From: Gemmatimonadota bacterium
GTDB taxonomy: Bacteria; Gemmatimonadota; Gemmatimonadetes; Longimicrobiales; RSA9
Assembly: GCA_039715185.1 (NCBI GenBank)
Contig: JBDLIA010000002.1
Location: 3,361 to 67,360, forward strand
Direction of reading: 5' to 3'
DNA length: 64,000 nt
Shown here one piece after another: positions 47,765 through 57,734 of the stretch. The translations under genes and the position numbers were made by a program. The notes under the pieces are model-generated. The model was not told the origin of the DNA and searched no databases. It was given only the letters and a program-made list of their open reading frames with translations. The stretch's first letter is position 1; the number at the start of each line of letters is the position of its first letter.

Positions 47765-48775
47765 ATGCCCGACACCATCACACAGGTTCTGCTTTTCGCC
47801 CTTGGAGTCCTGGGGCTCTATTACGGCGCCGAATGGCTGGTCCGAGGAGCGGGCCGGCTCGCACGCGGGTGGGGTGTGAGCGCTCTGACGATAGGGCTCA
47901 CGGTCGTCGCGTTCGGCACGTCCGCGCCAGAGTTGGCGGTGGGCGTGTTCGCGGCGCTGGGCGGGAAACCCGAGCTGGCGCTGGGCAACGTGGTGGGATC
48001 GAACGTGATGAACATCGCGCTCATCCTCGGGATCACCGCCTTGCTGCTGCCCATCGAGGTGGGGGCCGGGGTGATCCGTCGCGAGATCCCGGTGATGATA
48101 CTGGTCACGCTCGCGACCGCCCTGTTCGCGCTCGATGGGTCGATCGACGGCCTCGACGCGATCATGCTCCTGACGCTGTTCGCCGCTTACTTCTGGGTGG
48201 TGTTTCGCGGCCCGGCGCGCGGCCGCGTAAAGGCCGAGGCCGAGTACGAAGAACTCGTACAGCCCGGCGCCGCGGCCCCTCCCAGGACCTGGATCAACTT
48301 CGTGCTGATCGGCGCCGGCATCGCCGTCATGCTCGTGGGGGCGCGAGCGCTGGTCATCGCGTCGATCTTCTTCGCCCGCCGCATGGGCCTTTCGGAGATG
48401 GTGATCGGGCTGACGATCGTGGCGGTCGGCACGTCGCTGCCGGAGCTCGCCACGGCGCTCGTGGCGGTGTGGCGAAAGAAGTCGGAAATAGCGGTCGGCA
48501 ACATCGTCGGCTCGAACGTATTCAACCTGTGCGCCATCCTGGGGGTAACGGCGCTCATCTCGCCGATTCCCGTGTCGCGCAACGTGCTCAGCGTCGAGTT
48601 CGTGCAGATGACGGCTATCAGCGTGGTGCTGCTGCCGCTCGCCTGGCCCAAAGGGGGTTTCCAGGGCATCGATGGGGGACCGGCCTACCGCCTGCACCGC
48701 TCGGAGGGGTTGCTGCTGCTGGGCCTGTACGTGTTGTTCGCGCTGACGATCTTCGTGCGCGCCGGCAGGATCTGA
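47765..48775 (+). CDS. Ca2+/Na+ antiporter (CaCA / YrbG family)
   Basis: There are two alpha-repeats: GLTVVAFGTSAPELAV and GLTIVAVGTSLPELATA. Confidence 0.85.
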   Translation: MPDTITQVLLFALGVLGLYYGAEWLVRGAGRLARGWGVSALTIGLTVVAFGTSAPELAVGVFAALGGKPELALGNVVGSNVMNIALILGITALLLPIEVGAGVIRREIPVMILVTLATALFALDGSIDGLDAIMLLTLFAAYFWVVFRGPARGRVKAEAEYEELVQPGAAAPPRTWINFVLIGAGIAVMLVGARALVIASIFFARRMGLSEMVIGLTIVAVGTSLPELATALVAVWRKKSEIAVGNIVGSNVFNLCAILGVTALISPIPVSRNVLSVEFVQMTAISVVLLPLAWPKGGFQGIDGGPAYRLHRSEGLLLLGLYVLFALTIFVRAGRI

Positions 48776-48788
48776 CTCGAAGAACGCC

Positions 48789-51557
48789 ATGACCGCCGAT
48801 TCCAACGGCTTCACCGACCCGTACAACGCCGCCTACGCCGAGGAGATGTTCGAGCGTTGGCGCGCCGACCCCGACAGCGTGCCCCTCGAATGGCGCCGCG
48901 TCCTGGCGCTGCGCGACGCGGAAGGAGAGCCCGTCGCCGGGCCGCCCCGGCCGGGGCCTTCCGACGCGGGTTCCGCCGCCCTGGGCCAGGCGCTCGCGTC
49001 GGAGCAGGTGCGCGCGGCGCGGGCGGCCGCGATGCTCGTGGACGCGTACCGGCTGGCGGGGCACCAGGCCGCGGATGTGGACCCCCTGGGCCGGCCCCAG
49101 ACCGGCAATCCCATGCTGGACCCGGAGTTCCACGGGCTGACAAGCGCGGAGCTAGCCGCCGGCCCCGTAGCCGACATCGTCGCCGAGGTGCTGGAATGGC
49201 TGCGCTCCATGTACTGCGGCACGATCGGCTACGAGTTCGAGCACCTGGAGGAGCCCGAGCGCCGCGAGTGGATGCTGGAGGCGATCGAGGGCGGGCGCTT
49301 CGGGGTGACGCTGGAGGACGATGAGCGGCTGCGGCTGCTCGACCGCCTGACCGAGGTGGAGGGCTTCGAGCAGTTCCTGCACCGGGCGTACCTGGGCCAG
49401 AAGAGGTTTTCGATCGAAGGCCTGGACATGCTCGTGCCGATGCTCGATCTGGCCATCGAGCGTGCGGCCGCCGCGGGCGCGCAGGAGGTCGTGCTCGGCA
49501 TGGCCCACCGGGGCCGCCTGAACGTCCTGACGCACGTCCTGGGTCGACCCTACGAGCGCATCTTCGCCGACTTCGAGGGGCACCAGGCGGGTACCGGCAC
49601 CGGCGACGTGAAGTACCACGCGGGCGCCGAGGGGACCTACGCCACCGCGTCGGGCCAGCCGCTCACGGTGGCTCTCGCCCCCAACCCGAGCCACCTCGAG
49701 GCCGTGAACCCGGTGGTGGAGGGCGTTACGCGCGCGCGCCAGGAGGACAGCGACGAGCCGACGTTGCGACGCGACGCGCGCCGGGTGGTCCCGATTCTGA
49801 TCCACGGCGACGCAGCGTTCTCGGCGCAGGGGGTGGTGGCAGAGACGCTCAACATGGCCGAGCTGGACGGCTACGCCACCGGCGGAACGCTGCACCTGAT
49901 CGCCAACAACCAGATCGGCTTCACGACCCTGCCGCGGGACGGACGCTCGACCTACTACGCGAGCGATCTGGCGCTCGGCTTCGACATCCCGGTGATCCAC
50001 GTCAACGCCGACGACCCGGAGGCCTGCCTGACCGCGGTGCGGATCGCGTTGGCGTACCGCGAGGCTTTCGGCGCGGACTTCGTCATCGACCTGGTGGGCT
50101 ACCGGCGTTACGGCCACAACGAGGGAGACGAGCCGGCGTACACGCAGCCGCTGCTGTATCAGGACGTCGCTCCGCACCCTACCGTGCGCGCGCTGTGGGA
50201 GCGAAGGCTCATCGACGAGGGGCTGCTCGACGAGCCGAGCGCCGCGGACGTGCGCGCAGCCTTCCAGACGCGCCTCCAGGGAATCCAGGACGCGATGAAG
50301 GCGGAGGAGGACGGGCACGACGACCGACGCATGCCGTCGCCGCCCACGCTCCCCGAGGGCCCCCCGGAGGCCGATACGGCGCTCCCCCCCGAGCGGATTC
50401 GCGCGCTGGACGAGGCCATCCACTCGTGGCCGGACGAAGTGCACATACACGACAAGCTCGCGCGTCAGTTGGAGCGACGCGCCGGGGCCCTGGCCGGGGG
50501 CGAGGGGCCTGTCGATTGGGCGCACGCGGAGGCGCTCGCGTTCGCCTCCCTCGTCGCGCACGGCACGCCTGTTCGACTGACCGGACAGGACTCCGAGCGG
50601 GGCACCTTCAGCCAGCGCCATCTGGTGCTGCACGACGTGGACAGCGGCGAGGCTTACTGCCCGCTCGCGCACGTGCCGGGAGCTTCCGCACCTTTTTCGG
50701 TGCACAACAGTCCGCTGTCGGAGGTGGCCGCGCTCGGCTTCGAGTACGGCTACTCGACCGCGGCGCTGGAGACGCTCGTGCTCTGGGAGGCGCAGTTCGG
50801 GGACTTCGTGAACGGGGCCCAGGTGATCATCGACCAGTTTCTGGTCGCGGGCCGCGCCAAGTGGGCCCAGGAGGCGCGCCTCGTGCTGCTCCTGCCGCAC
50901 GGCTACGAGGGCCAGGGGCCGGAGCACTCCAGCGCGCGCATCGAGCGTTTCCTCCAACTCGCCGCCGAAGACAACATCCGCGTGGCGAACTGCACCACGC
51001 CGGCCCAGTACTTCCACCTGCTGAGGCTGCAGGCGCTGGAAACCCGCCGGCGGCCCCTGGTGGTGTTCACGCCCAAGAGTCTGCTGCGACATCCGAAGGC
51101 GGTGTCCACGCTTCCCGACTTCACGGCAACGGGCTTTCAGCCGATACTCGGTGACCCCTCGGCGGTGAGCCGAGCCGACCGGATCAGCCGCCTCATCCTG
51201 TGTTCCGGCAAGGTGTACTACGACCTGCTGGCGTACGACGGGGAGGAGGCGAATCGAACGGCCCTGGCCCGACTGGAGTTGCTCTATCCGTTCCCGAAGG
51301 CCGCCGCCGAAGCGTTGCTCGCGACCTACCCGGCCCTGGAGGAAGTGGTCTGGGCGCAGGAAGAGCCGCGCAACATGGGGGGCTGGCATTACGTGGAGCC
51401 GCGTATCCGCAAGCGCCTGCGCGACGGTCAGCTTGTGCGCTACGCGGGCCGGCCCGGGCGGGCCAGCCCGGCCGAGGGCTCCGCGCTCGCGCATCGTGAG
51501 CAGCAGGCCGCCATCGTGCGCGACGCGTTCGGCGTCGGGGTGGGGGCGGCGAGCTAG
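48789..51557 (+). CDS. sucA: 2-oxoglutarate dehydrogenase E1 component
   Basis: 922 aa. Supporting blocks are ..KRFSIEGLD.., ..GMAHRGRLNVL.., ..HGDAAFSAQGVV.., ..GYRRYGHNEGDEP.. and ..LPHGYEGQGPEHSSAR... Confidence 0.95.
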   Translation: MTADSNGFTDPYNAAYAEEMFERWRADPDSVPLEWRRVLALRDAEGEPVAGPPRPGPSDAGSAALGQALASEQVRAARAAAMLVDAYRLAGHQAADVDPLGRPQTGNPMLDPEFHGLTSAELAAGPVADIVAEVLEWLRSMYCGTIGYEFEHLEEPERREWMLEAIEGGRFGVTLEDDERLRLLDRLTEVEGFEQFLHRAYLGQKRFSIEGLDMLVPMLDLAIERAAAAGAQEVVLGMAHRGRLNVLTHVLGRPYERIFADFEGHQAGTGTGDVKYHAGAEGTYATASGQPLTVALAPNPSHLEAVNPVVEGVTRARQEDSDEPTLRRDARRVVPILIHGDAAFSAQGVVAETLNMAELDGYATGGTLHLIANNQIGFTTLPRDGRSTYYASDLALGFDIPVIHVNADDPEACLTAVRIALAYREAFGADFVIDLVGYRRYGHNEGDEPAYTQPLLYQDVAPHPTVRALWERRLIDEGLLDEPSAADVRAAFQTRLQGIQDAMKAEEDGHDDRRMPSPPTLPEGPPEADTALPPERIRALDEAIHSWPDEVHIHDKLARQLERRAGALAGGEGPVDWAHAEALAFASLVAHGTPVRLTGQDSERGTFSQRHLVLHDVDSGEAYCPLAHVPGASAPFSVHNSPLSEVAALGFEYGYSTAALETLVLWEAQFGDFVNGAQVIIDQFLVAGRAKWAQEARLVLLLPHGYEGQGPEHSSARIERFLQLAAEDNIRVANCTTPAQYFHLLRLQALETRRRPLVVFTPKSLLRHPKAVSTLPDFTATGFQPILGDPSAVSRADRISRLILCSGKVYYDLLAYDGEEANRTALARLELLYPFPKAAAEALLATYPALEEVVWAQEEPRNMGGWHYVEPRIRKRLRDGQLVRYAGRPGRASPAEGSALAHREQQAAIVRDAFGVGVGAAS

Positions 51558-51563
51558 TGTACG

Positions 51564-52277
51564 CTAGCGGTCCAGGCGGTAACCCACCTTACGGACCGTG
51601 ATGATGTGGCGCGGGCTGGAGGGTTCGTCCTCCAGTTTTCCGCGCAGGTTGCCTATGTGGGTGTCCACGGTACGGGTGGGGACCGCCACCTTGTAGCCCC
51701 ACACCTCCGTCAGCAGCGTTTCGCGGTCCACGACGGCGCCGTCTCGGCGCAGCAAGCACACCAGCAGCTCGTACTCGAGCGGCGACAGGTCCACGGGCTG
51801 CCCGGCCTTCTCGACGACGTGCCGGGAGGGGTCCACTACGACATCGCCGAACCCAACCGCCGCGACCAGATCGTTGGCGGCGATGGACGCCGCGGCGCCC
51901 GTGCTCTCGGGCTGAGAGCGCCTCAGGATGGCCTCCACGCGGGCGATCAGCTCCAGGATACCGACCGGCTTCACCACGTAGTCGTCGGCGCCCAGTCGAA
52001 ACCCCTGGACCTTCTCGGCTTCCTGGCCCCGCGCGCTCAGGATCAGGACCGGGGTCCGGTGCCCCGCCGCGCGCAGCTCGCCCAGGACCTCGAAGCCGCT
52101 CCGGCCGGGTAGCGTCAGGTCCAGCACGATGAGGTCGGGCGGGCGCGCCTGGACGGCGGCGATGGCGCCCGCTCCATCGCCTATCACGTCGGCCAGAAAA
52201 CCGGCGGCCTCCAGGCTGCGGGCCAGTCCGAGGGCGAGGCTTTCATTGTCCTCGACGATCAGGACCCGCGTACTCAC
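51564..52277 (-). CDS. OmpR-family response regulator
   Basis: The receiver domain contains VLIVEDN..DLIVLDLTLPG. The winged-helix output contains ..VDTHIGNLRGKLE..IITVRKVGYRL. The GTG start overlaps the kinase stop (GTGA). Confidence 0.9.
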   Translation of the reverse strand: MSTRVLIVEDNESLALGLARSLEAAGFLADVIGDGAGAIAAVQARPPDLIVLDLTLPGRSGFEVLGELRAAGHRTPVLILSARGQEAEKVQGFRLGADDYVVKPVGILELIARVEAILRRSQPESTGAAASIAANDLVAAVGFGDVVVDPSRHVVEKAGQPVDLSPLEYELLVCLLRRDGAVVDRETLLTEVWGYKVAVPTRTVDTHIGNLRGKLEDEPSSPRHIITVRKVGYRLDR

Positions 52278-53992
52278 GGAGCGCCGACGGTGCTGCGGGC
52301 GGTGGCATCTTCAGCGTCCGGCGGACCGGCGGCGGCCGCCGAGCCTGCCGACGGATTCTCCTGCGCCCTTCGGAAGCGCACCCGGAACACGGCCCCGCCG
52401 GTCTCGCCGTCGCGGACGTCGACGGTGGCGCCCGAGCGGCCCGCCAGTTCGCGTACGACCGCCAGGCCGATGCCGCTCCCCGACCGCGCCTCGCGGCTTT
52501 CCCGCTCCAGTCGGTAGAACGGCTCCCAGATGCGCTCGCGGTCCTCCGCGGGGACGCCGGGGCCGCGGTCGCCCACCTCGAGGGTGACGTCCGGCCCAAC
52601 GTCCACCCTGACCGAGATCACCTGACCCCTGGGGCCGTACTTCAATGCGTTGTCGAGCAGATTGAGCGCGATCTGGTGCACGGCGTCGGGGGCCGCCAAG
52701 GCGCGGGCGTCGTCTGCCAGACTCAGCGAGACGCGCGCGCTGCGCTCTGCCAGCAGCGGCTCCAGCCCGGTGACCGTATCCCTCAGGACCTGGCTGACGT
52801 CCGCCACCTCGTCATCGCTCGCCCCCCGCACGCCGTTGCGCGAGCGCGCGAATTCCATGACGCGCTCCACCAGCGCGATCAGTCGCAGCGCCTCGCGCTC
52901 GATGATCGCCAGAAACCGGCTGCGCTCCTCGGCGTTTCGCACCTGGCCGATGCGCAGGAGCTGCGAGAACAGGAGCACCTGCTGCAGAGGCGTGCGCAGC
53001 TCGTGCGATACGTCCGCCACGAACCGCTCGCGCAGACGCACGAGCCGGATCGAGCGGACCAGCAGCATGGCCGCGACCACGACCAGGCCGATGGTAGCCA
53101 GCAGCAGCGCGATGGCCACCGGGGCCCGCGAGTACAGCGGCAGGCCGCCCCGCACCAGCTTCTCGGCCACGTCGGGCCGCAACGTCACCTCCAGCGTCGC
53201 GCCGCCGAACACACCCGCTCCGGGCAGCTCGGCGCGCCCCACGTACTCCGACCGGTAGGCCGCCGCGGTCTGGAACAGGACGCCGCCGAGCGGGTCGAGG
53301 AAGCGCACCGACACGAGGGAGTCCGCCGGCGCCTCGCCCACGAGGCTGGGCGGCAGCATGGGGCCGGCGGCCATGGCGGAAGCCACGACCGGCCCGTCGC
53401 GGTCCCGGAAGCAACTCGACAGCGCGTAAACGGCCAGGGGTTCGCCCGAGGCGCCGTCGCGCCTCACGCGGTACGATACGACCCGACGCTCGCCGTCCAC
53501 GACGTCGATGACGTGGCCCGCTTCGGGCTGGTCCGGGGCCTCCGCGGCGACCAGGGCGGGGAGCGTATCCGCCAGCCAGACGCGCACGGCTGCGCCCGGC
53601 GCGCCCTCCAGGACCACTTCCCGTCCGGGCAGATCCAGCCGCGCGAACCAGCGCTCTCCGTCCGCGTACGCGTCGGCGCACCGCCCCATCTCCTGCATAT
53701 CCGCGGCGAATCCGGCGGGCGGCATCAGGGCGCCGCTCCGCTCCCACGCCAGATCCTCCCTGTAGTACGAGTACAGGAACGCCTGACGCAGCCTGGCCTC
53801 GCTCTCGCTGGCCAGGATGAACGCGGCGAAATCGGCGTAGTCGGACACGGTGGCTTCGGCCGCCGCGCGCTGCGCGCGGTCCGCCCCGATGGCGGTCCAC
53901 GCCAGCGCTCCGGCGCCGGCCACCACCAGGACCAGCAGCAAGACCACGGCCCGCGGGCCCTTGGCCCGACGGCCAGGCTGTGAGCTATCCAT
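52274..53992 (-). CDS. sensor histidine kinase
   Basis: The start MDSSQPG.. is followed by a TM segment, a periplasmic-type domain and a second TM segment. The H-box is FVADVSHELRTPL. The N and G boxes are NLLDNALKY and GSGIGLAVV. Confidence 0.85.
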   Translation of the reverse strand: MDSSQPGRRAKGPRAVVLLLVLVVAGAGALAWTAIGADRAQRAAAEATVSDYADFAAFILASESEARLRQAFLYSYYREDLAWERSGALMPPAGFAADMQEMGRCADAYADGERWFARLDLPGREVVLEGAPGAAVRVWLADTLPALVAAEAPDQPEAGHVIDVVDGERRVVSYRVRRDGASGEPLAVYALSSCFRDRDGPVVASAMAAGPMLPPSLVGEAPADSLVSVRFLDPLGGVLFQTAAAYRSEYVGRAELPGAGVFGGATLEVTLRPDVAEKLVRGGLPLYSRAPVAIALLLATIGLVVVAAMLLVRSIRLVRLRERFVADVSHELRTPLQQVLLFSQLLRIGQVRNAEERSRFLAIIEREALRLIALVERVMEFARSRNGVRGASDDEVADVSQVLRDTVTGLEPLLAERSARVSLSLADDARALAAPDAVHQIALNLLDNALKYGPRGQVISVRVDVGPDVTLEVGDRGPGVPAEDRERIWEPFYRLERESREARSGSGIGLAVVRELAGRSGATVDVRDGETGGAVFRVRFRRAQENPSAGSAAAAGPPDAEDATARSTVGAP

Positions 53993-54162
53993 GCCTGCAA
54001 CCATTCGTCGGCGGCAGCCGCGGCGCAACGGCGCCGTCCCCCACCCCGGGGTGGGCTTTACGCAACCTTGTCACGGGCGTGACGGGCCCTTCACGGCGTC
54101 GGCCGCCGGGGAAAGTAACTTCGAGTCACCAAGCATCCAGTCCAGCCAGGAGGCGACCGCTC

Positions 54163-54229
54163 ATGAAAAGATTCGTGCTCTTCATCGCGCACTAGGGGCG
54201 GGAATGGACGAGCGCGTCCGTCCCGCCCC
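54163..54229 (+). promoter_or_regulatory. 10-codon micro-ORF (MKRFVLFIAH) followed directly by a strong GC hairpin, upstream of the phosphoesterase/GMC operon
   Basis: AGGAGG (54149-54) is followed after 8 nt by ATG 54163. The TAG stop is at 54193-95. In the hairpin, GGGGCGGGA (54195-203) pairs with TCCCGCCCC (54221-29), with an inner GGACG/CGTCC stem. Confidence 0.25.
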
Positions 54230-54348
54230 TCGTCTTGGGCGGTAGCCGTGCCGCACCCGCGGTGGCGGAACCGTACCCGGGCATGTTCACTTCTCTCTAT
54301 GGGCGCGCCAGACCCCACTCGACCCGCCCCTCACTCGCACGAGCAACC

Positions 54349-55947
54349 ATGACCGCGTTCGAACCGGACGACATCCGTTGGGTCGTCATGAGCGACCTGC
54401 ATCTGGGTGACGACGGCAGCTTGCTGACCAGCGTGGACCCGGACACGTACGCGGTGGACCCGCGCCGAGGCTCGGACACGCTGACGGCGCTCGTTGCGGT
54501 GTTGCGCGACATGGTCGAGCGAAACGACGGGACGGCGCGTCCTACGCTCATTGTCAACGGCGACTTTCTGGACCTGGCCTTCAGCCGATTCAACATCGCG
54601 CTGATGCACTTTCAGCGGTTCGCTGAGCTCGTGCTGGAGCCCGGCAACGAACTGTTCGACCGGATCGTCTTCCTGCCCGGCAACCACGATCACCACCTGT
54701 GGGAGATGGCACGGGAAACGCAGTACGCGCGCACGATCGCGGACGCCCGCGCCGGCGACCTGCCGCCCATGCGGCACAGCACCTCGCCGCACCTGGAAGA
54801 AGGCGTCTCCTCCTTCCTGTTGTCTCGCCTCCTGCGGAGCGTCAGACCGAACGAGCCGGAGGAGCAGCGGCTGCGTCGGCTCGCGGTCGTCTATCCCAAC
54901 CTCATCCTCTCGGACGGGGGTGATCGCGCGGCCATCCTGCACCACGGCCATTACGCGGAAGGGATCTATCACCTGGTCAGCCGCGCCTATCGGTGGCTCT
55001 TCCCGGGCCGGCCGGAGCCCCACACCCTCGAGTCGATCGAAGGGGAGAACTTCGCCTGGATAGACTTCTTCTGGTCGCTGTTGGGTCGTTCGGGAGACGC
55101 GGGCAAGGACATCGAGACCCTGTCCGAGATGCTCCACTACCCGGAGCACGTGGGCGACTACGCCGACCAACTGGCGGAACGCGCCGCCGCGGCGCGCGAT
55201 ATCCCCTGGATTCCCACCGCCGCGCTGGAAAAGCGAGCGCTCAAGAAGGTCTTCTCGATGGTGGCCGAGCGCTTCGCGGGCGAGCGCTTCCACCGCGACC
55301 GGGTGTGCACCGCGGAGACCATGGGCGTGCTGGCGCGATACCTGTTCGGCCCCACGCTCGAGCAAGTGCGCACGTCGCTGGGTGAAGTGCCCGCGGATCT
55401 CTCGTTCCTCTGGGGGCACACCCACAAGCCGTTCGAGAAGATCCTGCGGGACACGCGCACGGGGCGTGAGGTGGCGGTCTACAATTCGGGCGGGTGGGTG
55501 ATCGACTCGCTCTCTCCGTCGCCTACGATTGGTGCGTCCGCCATTCTGCTCAACGAGTCACTCGACGTTGCGTCGCTGCGCTTCTTCTACGACGCGCCCG
55601 GCGGCGGGAGCATAGTCTTCGAGGTCGTGCGCCCGGGGGGCGTTCAGGACTTCGACGTGGAGCCCACCCCGGCGGCTCCGCTGCCGGCGCCCGGCGAGGG
55701 CGGAGGCGAGTGCCTGGCGGCGGAGCCGGGCGGAGGCATGCCGGTGGAGGAAGGGGAGCGCGAGGCGGCCGAGCCGTCCGGGCGCGCGCCGGACGACGCC
55801 GGCGTTCGGCTCGACTTCGCCCGGGCGATGCAGCGGCGCGTACGCGCGTCGGTCGCCGGCGGCGGCGGCTGGGACGAGCTGGCCGAGCGCATACGCGCGG
55901 GCATCCTGCTCCGCCGCCGCCGCCTGGAGGCGACGTTCGGACCGTGA
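54349..55947 (+). CDS. calcineurin-like metallophosphoesterase with a long C-terminal extension
   Basis: ATG 54349 sits within ORF 54235..55947. The motifs are MSDLHLG, NGDFLDL, GNHDHH, HHGH and GHTHKP. Confidence 0.75.
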   Translation: MTAFEPDDIRWVVMSDLHLGDDGSLLTSVDPDTYAVDPRRGSDTLTALVAVLRDMVERNDGTARPTLIVNGDFLDLAFSRFNIALMHFQRFAELVLEPGNELFDRIVFLPGNHDHHLWEMARETQYARTIADARAGDLPPMRHSTSPHLEEGVSSFLLSRLLRSVRPNEPEEQRLRRLAVVYPNLILSDGGDRAAILHHGHYAEGIYHLVSRAYRWLFPGRPEPHTLESIEGENFAWIDFFWSLLGRSGDAGKDIETLSEMLHYPEHVGDYADQLAERAAAARDIPWIPTAALEKRALKKVFSMVAERFAGERFHRDRVCTAETMGVLARYLFGPTLEQVRTSLGEVPADLSFLWGHTHKPFEKILRDTRTGREVAVYNSGGWVIDSLSPSPTIGASAILLNESLDVASLRFFYDAPGGGSIVFEVVRPGGVQDFDVEPTPAAPLPAPGEGGGECLAAEPGGGMPVEEGEREAAEPSGRAPDDAGVRLDFARAMQRRVRASVAGGGGWDELAERIRAGILLRRRRLEATFGP

Positions 55948-57734
55948 TGGGTGACGGAGCGACCTGCGAGGTCGATGTCATAGTCGTCGGCTCCGGGTTC
56001 GGCGGGTCGGTCGCGGCGCTTCGGTTCGCCGAGGCCGGCCACCGCGTCGTCGTGCTGGAGCGCGGGGATTGGGTGCTGCGCGAGAGCCACGAGCCGGACG
56101 CCGACGCGCTCTGGAAGCCGCACCGGCAGCTGTTCGGCATGCACGACTTCCGAGCGCGCGGCCGCAACGTCATCCCCTGGCTGGGTAGCTGCGTCGGCGG
56201 CGGCTCGCACGTCTACGCGGCCACGCTGAAGCGCCTCCTCTCTCTGGACGGCTTCCCGGCGGCGGTCAGGGAAGAGGGCCTGGACGAGTTCTACGACGTG
56301 GCAGAGTGCGTCCTGGACGCTCAGCGCTACCCCGACTGGGCCCCGTACGGCCAGGTGCGCTCCACGCAGCTGCTTTACCGCGCCGGCGACCGGTTGAAGG
56401 AGACGCACCCGGAGTTGGTCGAAGAATGGGGCGCGATCAACCTGGGCATCAGCTTCGCGCCGGAGGGCGGACAGCCCGGCGCGCCGTTTACCAACAAGCA
56501 CGGGGCGCGGCAACGCTATCAGGATCCACAGGCTCCCGACCTTCTCGGAGGCGACATCGGGGCGACCAACAGCCTCGATCTGAACTACCTGTTCCTTGCG
56601 CAGAAGGAAGGAGCGGAAGTCAGGGCGCTGTGCGAGGCGGACAGGATCGAGCCGCTGGAGGGCGGCGGGTACCGCGTGCACTACGTTCGCCGGACTCCGT
56701 TCCCCGGCCGCCTGCGGCGACACCTGGCGCGCTGGCTGCCCTTCCTGGCGGCGCCCGTGGAGTCGACCGAATCGCTGTGCGCCCAGCGCGTCGTGCTCGC
56801 CGCCGGCAGCATCGGCACGACCGAGCTGCTGCTGCGCAACCGGGACGTACACGGCACGCTCGCGGGGCTCGGCGACGCGCTCGGCAGGGGCTACTCGTCC
56901 AACGGCGACTACGTCACGCTCATGCAGCCGTTCAAGGGATTCTATCTGTCCTGGGCGGGGCTCATCGTCGCGGCGGGGGCTGCCGTCCTGGGTGCGTGGT
57001 GGATCGCCGCTGCGGGTGCGCTCGCCTACGCCGTCGGCCTGCTCGTGTCCAGGAGGGCCTTCGATCCCGACATAGGGGCGACCAACAGCGACTATATCCG
57101 TTTCGTGGCACGAGACGGGAGTCCTCAGGGCGTCTACGTGGAGGGCGGGCGCTACCCCACGCCGCTGAGAGCCGGACTGGCGATCGCGCTCAGCGTCGTG
57201 GGGCTCTGGCGGCCGGGACGCTACAAGCGGATCGTCGCCCTCACCAACTTCCTGCGACGCTGGGTTCCGCCCTTCGAGCTCATCGGCCGAAGTTGGCCGA
57301 TTCCGCTCCTGCAGATGGGCCGGGACGCGGCCCGTGGCACGTTCGCACTCGATGAGGCCGGGAGGGCCGAGATCGATTTCGAGCTGGAGGCCAACGACGA
57401 CTACTACGAGTACCTGGGCGAGCTCGGGCGCCTCACCTCGGACGCCGTCGGCGCCCGGTGGTTTCCGAACTTCGTCGCCCGCACGCTGCGCAAGGTGGAG
57501 GTGCCGCACAACCTGGGCGGAGCCCACATGGCGGACGGACCCGCCGATGGCGTCGTCGATCACGCCGGTCGAGTATTCGGCTACCGGGATCTCCTGGTGC
57601 TCGACGGGTCGGTCATCCCTCGGGCGCTGGGTCCCAACCCGGCGCTGACCATTGCCGCGCTGGCTGAGCGCGCCATGCGTCACGTGCTCGACCAGATCGA
57701 GAGGGAGGGATCCGCTCGCGCCGACCCTCGGTGA
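55947..57734 (+). CDS. GMC-family (cholesterol-oxidase-like) FAD oxidoreductase with an internal hydrophobic insert
   Basis: The ATG overlaps the upstream stop (GTGATG). VDVIVVGSGFGGSVAALRFAEAGHRVVVLERG is the FAD-binding fold. The C-terminus contains HNLGGAHM..GYRDLLVLDGSVIP..GPNPALTI. Confidence 0.8.
   Translation: MGDGATCEVDVIVVGSGFGGSVAALRFAEAGHRVVVLERGDWVLRESHEPDADALWKPHRQLFGMHDFRARGRNVIPWLGSCVGGGSHVYAATLKRLLSLDGFPAAVREEGLDEFYDVAECVLDAQRYPDWAPYGQVRSTQLLYRAGDRLKETHPELVEEWGAINLGISFAPEGGQPGAPFTNKHGARQRYQDPQAPDLLGGDIGATNSLDLNYLFLAQKEGAEVRALCEADRIEPLEGGGYRVHYVRRTPFPGRLRRHLARWLPFLAAPVESTESLCAQRVVLAAGSIGTTELLLRNRDVHGTLAGLGDALGRGYSSNGDYVTLMQPFKGFYLSWAGLIVAAGAAVLGAWWIAAAGALAYAVGLLVSRRAFDPDIGATNSDYIRFVARDGSPQGVYVEGGRYPTPLRAGLAIALSVVGLWRPGRYKRIVALTNFLRRWVPPFELIGRSWPIPLLQMGRDAARGTFALDEAGRAEIDFELEANDDYYEYLGELGRLTSDAVGARWFPNFVARTLRKVEVPHNLGGAHMADGPADGVVDHAGRVFGYRDLLVLDGSVIPRALGPNPALTIAALAERAMRHVLDQIEREGSARADPR

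Noticed and set aside
51554-51567. CTAGTGTACGCTAG lies between the sucA stop and the response-regulator stop. It shares CTAGTGTAC with the family-A repeat terminus and could be a footprint or minimal relic.
   Set aside because: Only 9 nt are shared. A chance match in 64 kb on both strands is not negligible, and both CTAGs are explained by the two stop codons. It needs a genome-wide consensus before it can be called.
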